Source: Candidatus Eiseniibacteriota bacterium
Lineage (GTDB): Bacteria > Eisenbacteria > RBG-16-71-46 > JABDJR01
Assembly: GCA_963783375.1 (NCBI GenBank)
Contig: CAWANH010000028.1
Coordinates: 1,312,001-1,376,000, forward strand
Direction: 5' to 3'
Length of the DNA: 64,000 bases
The translations under genes were made by a program, and so were the position numbers. Position 1 is the first letter of the stretch. Each line of letters starts with the position of its first letter. The notes under the pieces were generated by a model that worked only from the letters and a program-made list of their open reading frames with translations, was not told the DNA's origin and ran no database searches. Positions 56,540 to 64,000 of the stretch are shown one piece after another.

Positions 56540-58696
56540 TCAGGGGCGGGCGCTCAGGCGGACCAGCTTGAGGGTCTGGAGGCGGCTCCCCTCGCGGATG
56601 CGGGCGTAGTAGATCCCGGGGACCACCTCGCGTCCGTCGCGGCCGACGCCGTTCCACTCCATGTCTCCCGCGCCGTCTCCGCCCATGGCCGCCACCAGCC
56701 GCCCCCGCACGTCGTAGATCTCCACCCGGGCCGGGGTTCCCGAGGCGGGGGGGGCGAAGGTGACCCGCTTGGCGAAGGGGTTGGGGTAGGCGGTCCAGAC
56801 GGGTGCGGTGGGCGCCGGGGGCTCGGGGGCGTCGGGCACGAACAGGGGGCAGAACGCCGGGTCGCTGGGCGACACCGTGCCGAACGCGTCGGCCAAGGTC
56901 ACCCCCCACACGTAGCCGCCGGGAGGGAGGTCGAGCACGGTGTCGGAGGCGGCCAGAGTGAAGACCAGGGTGGATTCGCTCTCGGCGGAGAGCGGAGACA
57001 CCCGGAGCTCGAACGTCCCCGCTCCGGGGAGCCGCGGGTCGTCCCAGCCCAGCCGGATCGGGCGCGTCCCGGTGGCCGCGTTCAAGGAGTCGATCCCCGC
57101 GCCGTGGAGATAGAACGACCGCGGGTAGCAGACCGGGTAGGTGCGGTTGACCGGGAGGTTCTCGGCGGTTCGCACCGTGCCGTCCCGCCAGGTGACGGTG
57201 ACCCGGTCCACCCGGGTCGCGTCGTTCAGGCCGAACCACGTCTCGGGGTAGGGCTGGGAGGCGAAGCTCCCGCCGCCCAGGATCTCCCCCGCGGTCACGG
57301 TGTCCCGTACGGTGATGCGGACGCGGGCCCCGAGCGCGATCGGCCCGCCGGCCTTGTCCTGGGGGACGAAGCTCACGTGGTTTCCCACCGGCCCGTCGTT
57401 CCTATAGAGCATGGTCCGGGCGGGGTTGTAGGGGGCGCCGGAAGGAACGAGGATGTCGAGGTCGCCGTCCCGGTCGAGGTCCAGGGTGGTGGCTCCGTGG
57501 CCGGCGGCGCGATTGAGGACGTTCAGCTCGTGGGCCGACTCCTGGAACTTCAGCCCGCCGAGGTTCCGGTACAGGAGGTCCCACTCGGTGCGCCCGGGCT
57601 CGGGTCCACCCCGGGCCACCAGGAAATCCACCCAGCCGTCGTTGTCCACGTCGGTGAAGGTTCCCCCCATGCACCCGCTGTACTCGGTGATTCCCGCTTC
57701 GGCCCCGATCTCGCGGAGGTATCGTCCGCCGCTGTTCACGTAGAGCTCGTCCCGGATCCCGGGAAAGTAGACGTGGTGGCGGAGCATGTTGAACACCCCG
57801 ATGAAGATGTCCAGGTCGCCGTCCCGGTCGATGTCGGCCACGTGGGCGGCAAACCCGGCTCCGGCCTGGTCCATGCCCGAGGACGCGGACAAGTCGGTGA
57901 AGTGTCCGGCGCCGTCGTTCAGGAAGAACTGGTTGCCCTTGGCCTTGAAGCTCTCCTCCGCGCCGGGGAAGTCCCGGTTGGCCAGGACGAGGTCGGGGTC
58001 CAGATCCCCGTCGGCATCGAAAAAGAGACACTGCTGGGACTCGCCGGCGACGTCGAGGCCGGCCGCCTCCGTGATGTCCTCGAAGCGGGCTCCCCCCAGG
58101 TTCTTGAACAGGCGGCCGTCGGCGGTGGCCCGGTCGCTCAGGACCCGGCTCACGAAGACGTCCACCAGCCCGTCTCCGTCCACATCGGCCCAGGCGGCGG
58201 AGAAGCTGTAGCCGAGGAGCGAAAGCCCGCCGGCGTCGGGAACCTCGGTGAAGTGGGCGACGCCGTTGTCCTTGAGGTAGAGGCGGTTCACGTCGGGAGC
58301 GGGGGTGCGGGCCTGGAACCCTCCGCCGGTTATGAACAGATCCAGGTCGCCGTCGTTGTCCACGTCGATGAAGTTGACCCCGAAGATGCTCCCCTCGACG
58401 TGAACCCCCACCGAGTCCCCGATCTCGGTGAAGGTGAAGTCCCCGTTGTTCCGGTAGAGATGGAAGCCGCACTCCTGGCAGCCCAGGCCGACGTCGGGGA
58501 GGCCGTCGCCGTCCACGTCGGCCCAGGCGCTTCCGCGCCAGCGGCCCAGTTCGAGGAGCCCCGCCGCCTCGCCCACCTCCTCGAAATGGGGGAGGGCGGC
58601 GACGGGCGCGGGGCGAAGGACGGCGCCGGACGCCGCGATCAGGCCGGCGAGAAACGCCGCCCGCGCAAGACCGGGAACGGGTCCGAGGAGCTTCAT
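56540..58696 (-). CDS. FG-GAP repeat/CRTAC1 (ASPIC-UnbV) protein with C-terminal FlgD-Ig/T9SS-like domain
   Basis: Repeated D.D.DGDLD; GGGSFASQ..FGL; YPNPF..IYDVRGRLV..WNG..GIYY. Confidence 0.88.
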   Translation of the reverse strand: MKLLGPVPGLARAAFLAGLIAASGAVLRPAPVAALPHFEEVGEAAGLLELGRWRGSAWADVDGDGLPDVGLGCQECGFHLYRNNGDFTFTEIGDSVGVHVEGSIFGVNFIDVDNDGDLDLFITGGGFQARTPAPDVNRLYLKDNGVAHFTEVPDAGGLSLLGYSFSAAWADVDGDGLVDVFVSRVLSDRATADGRLFKNLGGARFEDITEAAGLDVAGESQQCLFFDADGDLDPDLVLANRDFPGAEESFKAKGNQFFLNDGAGHFTDLSASSGMDQAGAGFAAHVADIDRDGDLDIFIGVFNMLRHHVYFPGIRDELYVNSGGRYLREIGAEAGITEYSGCMGGTFTDVDNDGWVDFLVARGGPEPGRTEWDLLYRNLGGLKFQESAHELNVLNRAAGHGATTLDLDRDGDLDILVPSGAPYNPARTMLYRNDGPVGNHVSFVPQDKAGGPIALGARVRITVRDTVTAGEILGGGSFASQPYPETWFGLNDATRVDRVTVTWRDGTVRTAENLPVNRTYPVCYPRSFYLHGAGIDSLNAATGTRPIRLGWDDPRLPGAGTFELRVSPLSAESESTLVFTLAASDTVLDLPPGGYVWGVTLADAFGTVSPSDPAFCPLFVPDAPEPPAPTAPVWTAYPNPFAKRVTFAPPASGTPARVEIYDVRGRLVAAMGGDGAGDMEWNGVGRDGREVVPGIYYARIREGSRLQTLKLVRLSARP

Positions 58697-58923
58697 CGAG
58701 GGGTAGCCTTTCCCGGCGCCAGCCGGGGGGACGAGATTCAAGGCGGTCTGAAGCCAAAGGACACTAGATTTGTAGCATATCGGCGGGGGCGTGATACCGG
58801 CTCTCTTGTAATTCAATGGGGCTCAAGTAATTGAACGGCCCGAGGCCGCGACGCCGAACCTCGGGAAGGCGCCGCGGCCGGACCCGGCGCCGGGCGATCG
58901 GGCCCGGCGCCCTCTCCCCGGAC

Positions 58924-59571
58924 TCAGCGGCCCGAACCCATCCTTCCCATGCTGCTCCCGGTGTCGTCGCTCCTGGGGACCAGGTCCATGCCGCACTTGG
59001 GGCACGAGCCGGGATCTTCGGCCAGGACGTCGGAGTCCATGGAGCACGTGTAGAGCGTCTGACGCATCAGGGAAACCGAGGTCTGGAACCCGATCGGCTT
59101 CTTGGCCAGGCCCTGAACCTCGAACGTGGCCCGCATCGTCTCCGGCTTCATCTTGCTGAACTCGTAGGGGGCGGCGAAGCAGGGCTGGGTGCGCCCGGCC
59201 TTTTCATCCAGGGAGAGCGGGTCGAGCGGGACCGATTCCGTCTTCCCGTCCTTGGTCTCGAGGACGACGGTGGCCTTGGCGTCCTTCAGGACGTCGACGG
59301 GCTTCTGGTCCTGGTCGTAGACGTAGAGCCGGATCCCCTCGGCGGTGAAGAGCGTCTCGAAGTGATGGCCCGCGGTCATGGTGACCTCGCCGCCGTGGAT
59401 CCCGGCCATGGCGTGGGCGGCGCCTTCTTCGGCCTTCTCGTGCATGTTCTCGTGGTTCATCTTCATGCCGTGCCCGCTCGCGTCTCCCTGGGCCAGGGCA
59501 GGCTGGGCGAGAAAGAGCACCAGGCCGGACAGCATCCCACCGGCGGCGATGATGGTCTTGATCGTTCTCAC
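58924..59571 (-). CDS. Periplasmic His/Met-rich heavy-metal-binding protein
   Basis: GTG start with GGAGGAGG RBS; signal peptide; HGMKMNHENMHE; C-terminal YTCSMD..PGSCPKCGMDL. Confidence 0.8.
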   Translation of the reverse strand: MRTIKTIIAAGGMLSGLVLFLAQPALAQGDASGHGMKMNHENMHEKAEEGAAHAMAGIHGGEVTMTAGHHFETLFTAEGIRLYVYDQDQKPVDVLKDAKATVVLETKDGKTESVPLDPLSLDEKAGRTQPCFAAPYEFSKMKPETMRATFEVQGLAKKPIGFQTSVSLMRQTLYTCSMDSDVLAEDPGSCPKCGMDLVPRSDDTGSSMGRMGSGR

Positions 59572-59690
59572 GGGGTGGTCCTCCTCCCTCGGGCGCATCG
59601 GCGCCGGAGGTTTCCGGAATCGGTCGATGGGTTCCTGCGCGACTCCCACGCCCGGGGCGTGTTGGCTTCGCGCCGATGTCGTATGGTGAA

Positions 59691-59706
59691 AGCAAGCTTC
59701 CTGCCA
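59691..59706 (-). promoter_or_regulatory. Sigma-54 (-24/-12) promoter for the metal-binding protein
   Basis: TGGCAG-GAAGC-TTGCT on the minus strand. Confidence 0.8.
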
Positions 59707-60072
59707 ACTTCTGCAACCCGGGACCTGAACCGCCTCCGGCCGGGTAACTCGCGGCGGAACCATGCCCTTCGCTCGCCCCGAGCCTGGCGCGGCCGGCGCG
59801 AGGTCGGCGGCGACCCGCCAGCCTCTGGGGTGCGGGGACCAGTTCCTGACCGGAGCGAACGCCCTCCGGCTCCGGCGGTCCGCGCTCTGAACCGGCCGGA
59901 ACCGGGGAAGGGGCGTCCACCCGGCCGGGTATCCCCGGGACCGCGGCGGCTCCGCGGGTGGTCCCCGCGGGTGGTCCCCGCCCCCGTTCCGTCGTAAGCT
60001 CCTATGGGAAAAGGAGGAACCGTCCCGGACCGCGGACATCGGGTCGGACCGATGACGCCGTGGTCGGGAACC

Positions 60073-61887
60073 ATGATGGCCAGGACCCCGGCCGCCCCGA
60101 CGGCGGCTCCCCCCATCCATCGAGGCGCCAGCCTCGGCGCCAGCATCCGGGCCTGGATGCTGGTGGTCGGGCTCATTCCCCTGGCGGCGCTCTTCCTTTC
60201 CGGTTATCTCTCCTCGCGCGCAGCCCTGGTCGAGGCGAGCGACGACCATCTGGTGAGCGTGGTGGAGGCCCGGCGGGCGCGTATCGAGGCCTGGCTCCAG
60301 GAGCGCACCACCGATCTCGACGTCATCAGCGGGAGCCAGGATTGCATCCTGCTCGTTCACCAGGCCGCATCCCACGAGAACCACGCCGACGTCTGCCGGT
60401 ATCTGGGATCCTTTCAGACCGGGGCCCGGGACTACCGCACGCTGGCCCTCTACGATCTCAACTGGAACTGGGTGGCCTCGAGCACCGGCACCCACGAACC
60501 GCTGGAAGCGGCCCGGAAGGCGTGGCTCGAAGAGCGGCTTCCCGCGAGGCGCGGGCCGGTCATGGGCCCGGTCCGGATGGGGCCCGACGGACCCACCCTG
60601 GCCGTGGCCAACGGGCTCTGGGCCCCGTCGGGAGAGATGGTGGGGTACGTCGTGGCCACCCTCGATCTCCGGGCCTCCCTCGCCCCGGTCCTCATGAACC
60701 GGGCCGGGCTCAAGCACACCGGCCGGGTGCTCCTGGCCGATTCCACCGGCACCGTGCTCCTCACCTCCGGCCCGCAGTTGCAGGCCGGGGCCTCGGTCCT
60801 TCCCCCCGCCATCGTCCGGGAGGCGGCCGGCCGGGCGGTGGGAAACGCGCACCTCCGCGGCGCCGATGGAAGCGTGTTCTCCGGGTTCACCCACGTGGCC
60901 GGTCCCGCCTGGCTCCTGGTGGCCGAGATGGACCAGAGCGAGGCCCTGTCCCTCCTCCACGCCCTTCGACGGGCCTTTCTCATCGCGGGCCTGCTCACCG
61001 TGGTGGCGGTCATCATCCTCTCGTCGCGGATCTCCAAGCGGCTGTCCACGCCTCTGGCCGAGCTGGCCGGGGCCGCGCGCCGAATCAAGGAAGGGCGGCA
61101 TCACGAGCGGATCCCGGAGTTTGCGGGACGCGAGGTGGGCGACGTCGGGAAGGCCATGAACGAGATGCTCGACGCGCTGGAGGAGATCCAGCGCCAGCGG
61201 ATCCAGGCCAGCACCCTGGCCGCGGTGGGGGAGCTGAGTTCCAGCGTGGTCCACGAGATCCGGAACCGGCTTTCGTCGGTGAAGATGAACGTTCAGGCCC
61301 TGGAGCGCCGGGTGGGCGACGACGAGACCTTCTCCGAGCTGGCCCGGATCGCGGTGGACCAGGTGCGCCGCGTGGAGGAGATGCTCTCCGATCTCCTCAA
61401 CTACGCCCGGCCGGTGTCGCCGGCGTTCGAGCCGGTCCGCGCGGTGGAGGTCCTGGAATCCATCGCCGGCGTGTTCAAGGCCGAGGCGGCTTCGCGCGGT
61501 CTGGGGCTGGTGGTGGAGGACCGGTCCGGGGGGGCGATGCTCTCGGTGGACCGGAAGCTCATGGAGCAGGTCCTCTCCAACCTGATTCGAAACGCCATGG
61601 AGGCCTCACCGGAGGGTGGAACGGTGACCCTGAGGGTGGTCGCGGGCCCCCCGCCGGACGCGAAGATCTCGCTGGAAGTGCAGGACGAGGGTCCCGGATT
61701 CGACGGCATTCCCCCCGAGGACCTCTTCCGCCCCTTCTTCACCACCAAGGAGACCGGGACGGGACTGGGGCTCGCCCACGCCCGGAAGATCACCGAGCTC
61801 CACGGGGGGCGCATCGAGGCCGGACGCACCGACCGGGGCGGGGCGCTCTTCCGGTTGGAGTTTCCCGAATCCGGAGGTAGCCGGTGA
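60073..61887 (+). CDS. NtrB/ZraS-like sensor histidine kinase (Cache-HAMP)
   Basis: VHEIRN, NLIRNAMEA, DEGPG, FFTTKETGTGLGL; start could be 60004 or 60052. Confidence 0.9.
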   Translation: MMARTPAAPTAAPPIHRGASLGASIRAWMLVVGLIPLAALFLSGYLSSRAALVEASDDHLVSVVEARRARIEAWLQERTTDLDVISGSQDCILLVHQAASHENHADVCRYLGSFQTGARDYRTLALYDLNWNWVASSTGTHEPLEAARKAWLEERLPARRGPVMGPVRMGPDGPTLAVANGLWAPSGEMVGYVVATLDLRASLAPVLMNRAGLKHTGRVLLADSTGTVLLTSGPQLQAGASVLPPAIVREAAGRAVGNAHLRGADGSVFSGFTHVAGPAWLLVAEMDQSEALSLLHALRRAFLIAGLLTVVAVIILSSRISKRLSTPLAELAGAARRIKEGRHHERIPEFAGREVGDVGKAMNEMLDALEEIQRQRIQASTLAAVGELSSSVVHEIRNRLSSVKMNVQALERRVGDDETFSELARIAVDQVRRVEEMLSDLLNYARPVSPAFEPVRAVEVLESIAGVFKAEAASRGLGLVVEDRSGGAMLSVDRKLMEQVLSNLIRNAMEASPEGGTVTLRVVAGPPPDAKISLEVQDEGPGFDGIPPEDLFRPFFTTKETGTGLGLAHARKITELHGGRIEAGRTDRGGALFRLEFPESGGSR

Positions 61888-63263
61888 GCCGAATCCTCAT
61901 CATCGACGACGACAAGGCGCTGGCCCGTTCCCTGGAGATCCATCTCTCCGGGGAGGGCCATGAGACCCGGCGGGCCCACACCCTGGCCGAAGGCTGGAAG
62001 CGGTTCGAGGAAGAGCCCGACGACATCGTCTTTCTGGACCTGAAGCTCCCCGACGGGGACAGCCGCGAGCTCCTCGGCCGGATCCGCGAGCACCGCCCCT
62101 CGACCTCGGTGGTCATGATCACCGGCCACCAGGACATGCAGGCCACCATCGACGCCATCCGGGCGGGGGCCTTCGACTACATCCGCAAACCTCTCGATCT
62201 CGACCAGATCCTGGGCGCGGTGGCCAAGGCGGAGGCGCATGGGAAGCGGGGCTCGGAAGCCCCGGCGGCCTCCACGCTCCCCGAGGGCGCGGCCAGGCCT
62301 CGGGAGATCGTGGGAAGGAGCCCGGGGATCACCGAGATCCTGAAGCAGATCGCCATCCTGTCCCAATCCCGGGTCACCGTGCTCATCCAGGGCGAGACGG
62401 GAACCGGAAAGGAGCTGGTGGCGCGGGCGCTTCACGAATCCTCGGGGACCCCGGGGCCGTTCGTGGCGGTCAACTGCGGCGGAATCGTGCCCACCCTCCT
62501 GGAGTCCGAACTCTTCGGTCACGAGAAGGGCTCCTTCACCGGCGCGTCCAACCGCAAGATCGGGAAGCTGGAGCTGGCGGGAACGGGGACCATCTTCTTC
62601 GACGAGGTGGGGGACCTTCCCCTGGATCTCCAGGCCAAGCTCCTTCGCTCGCTCCAGGAGACCGAGTTCGAGCGGGTCGGGGGAACCCAGACCCTCCCCA
62701 TGAAGGCGCGGGTGATGGCCGCCACCCACCGGGACCTGGATCGGCGGGTGGGGGAGGGAACCTTCCGGCAGGATCTCTTCTACCGGCTGGCGGTGGCGCG
62801 GATACGGGTCCCCCCGCTTCGCGAGCGTCCCGAGGATATCCCGCTCATCGCGGAGTTCCTCCTGCGCCGGATCGGCGACCAGCTCGGCCGTCCCCCCGCG
62901 CACCTCACCCCCGCCGCGTTGAAGCAGCTCCAGGCGCACCCCTGGCCGGGGAACGTTCGCGAATTGGAGAACGTGCTCACCCGGTCGGTGGCGCTGCTGC
63001 GGGGCGGGGTGGTCGGGCCCGAGGACCTGGCCATCGAGTCGGCCGCCCCCGGGCCGGTCCCGGCCGGGTCGGTGGAGGGGGAGATCGTTTCCCTCCGGGA
63101 CATGGAGAAGCGCTACGTGGCCGGTGTTCTCGACCGGCTCGAATGGAACATCACCCGCACCGCCGAGGCCCTTGAGATCAGCCCCACCACCCTCAGAAAG
63201 AAGATCGCCGACCACGATCTCAAGCGGACCCCGCCCGGGGGGGCGGCGCCTCCTGGCCGCTGA
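61884..63263 (+). CDS. Sigma-54-dependent response regulator (NtrC/ZraR family)
   Basis: REC domain; GETGTGKE, ESELFGHEKGSFTGA, WPGNVRELEN, Fis-type HTH. Confidence 0.95.
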   Translation: MSRILIIDDDKALARSLEIHLSGEGHETRRAHTLAEGWKRFEEEPDDIVFLDLKLPDGDSRELLGRIREHRPSTSVVMITGHQDMQATIDAIRAGAFDYIRKPLDLDQILGAVAKAEAHGKRGSEAPAASTLPEGAARPREIVGRSPGITEILKQIAILSQSRVTVLIQGETGTGKELVARALHESSGTPGPFVAVNCGGIVPTLLESELFGHEKGSFTGASNRKIGKLELAGTGTIFFDEVGDLPLDLQAKLLRSLQETEFERVGGTQTLPMKARVMAATHRDLDRRVGEGTFRQDLFYRLAVARIRVPPLRERPEDIPLIAEFLLRRIGDQLGRPPAHLTPAALKQLQAHPWPGNVRELENVLTRSVALLRGGVVGPEDLAIESAAPGPVPAGSVEGEIVSLRDMEKRYVAGVLDRLEWNITRTAEALEISPTTLRKKIADHDLKRTPPGGAAPPGR

Positions 63264-63355
63264 GGTCACCAGAAACTGGTGGGTGGGACCGGGAGAGTTC
63301 TCGGTGGCGCGTCTATAACTCATTTTCCTGCAATTATTTAACGGTCGAGCGAAGT

Positions 63356-63371
63356 TGGCATGCGACGTGCA
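63356..63371 (+). promoter_or_regulatory. Sigma-54 (-24/-12) promoter for the TolC operon
   Basis: TGGCAT-GCGAC-GTGCA, preceded by an AT-rich tract. Confidence 0.72.
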
Positions 63372-63431
63372 AAAGTCATCTATCGCATGCCTGGTGAGAT
63401 GGATCCCAACCACTTCGGGGAGACTGGCTTG

Positions 63432-64000
63432 GTGCAAAGGAATCAGTTCAACAAGAGACACGTTGTGTGGATCGCCGGAGGTTTGATCCTCCTGGGCGCG
63501 GCCGGGGGATGCGCGAGCAGCCGGGAGCGGACGGAGGTGGATCTCTGGCGGGTCGAGGCGGCCCGGGCCGAGGCCCCGGTGGACACCGCCGCGGTTGCGG
63601 TCGTCTCCGGTCCGGGCGCCAGTCTTCACGATCTCATGGCCCTGGCCTTCGAGCGGAACCGGTCGGTGGCCGCGGCCCGGCAGGATTGGAAGGCCGCCCT
63701 CGAGCAGGTTCCCCAGGCCCGCGCGCTCCCGGACCCGATGCTCACCTACGGCTATTTCCTCCAGTCGGTGGAGACGCGGGTGGGCCCGCAAAAGCAACGG
63801 GTGGGGGTGAGCCAGTCGTTCCCCTGGTTCGGCACCCTGGGCGCCAAGGGCGACGTGGCTCTGGCTTCCGCCCGGGCGGCCCGGGAGAAGTACGTCGCGG
63901 CCATGCAGAAGACCTACCGCGAGGTGAGCACCGCCTACGCGGAGTACTACTACCTGGGGTCGGCGATCGGGATCGTGCGGGACAACCTCGACCTGCTCCG
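63432..64000 (+). CDS. TolC/CzcC-family outer-membrane efflux lipoprotein, 3' end outside window
   Basis: Not in the ORF track. Manual translation: MQRNQFNKRHVVWIAGGLILLGAAGGCASS...ALPDPMLTYGYF..VETRVGPQ..SQSFPWFGTL; GGGGAG RBS. Confidence 0.85.
   Translation, partial: MQRNQFNKRHVVWIAGGLILLGAAGGCASSRERTEVDLWRVEAARAEAPVDTAAVAVVSGPGASLHDLMALAFERNRSVAAARQDWKAALEQVPQARALPDPMLTYGYFLQSVETRVGPQKQRVGVSQSFPWFGTLGAKGDVALASARAAREKYVAAMQKTYREVSTAYAEYYYLGSAIGIVRDNLDLL

Overview
Very GC-rich, gene-dense chromosomal segment with about 62 CDS. I saw no rRNA, tRNA or canonical CRISPR array. Secreted proteins ending in FlgD-Ig/T9SS-like domains or a short [ST]WSx[IL]KTL[FY] tail suggest an FCB-related lineage such as Ca. 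Eisenbacteria or Krumholzibacteriota (inference). The backbone includes bcp, aroC, cydAB, a ParA-family ATPase, spoVG, an LpoB-like lipoprotein, several two-component systems and transporters. Main highlights: (1) a split, imuA-less SOS-mutagenesis system made of a small ImuB-C/DUF6504-like protein, a catalytically intact Y-family polymerase and a DnaE2 about 7 kb away, with a shared candidate operator; (2) six paired 29-bp palindromic repeats with co-varying arms directly after the Y-polymerase gene; (3) a SelW/Rdx selenoprotein (CxxU plus SECIS hairpin) that the ORF track truncates; (4) an intact but catalytically degenerate tyrosine recombinase; (5) a sigma-54 two-component regulon driving metal-binding and TolC genes from matching promoters; (6) a secreted hexaheme cytochrome and a TolB-like lipoprotein, each split by a single-base homopolymer frameshift; (7) a candidate short C-terminal sorting signal. 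All calls come from reading motifs by eye; no database searches were run.
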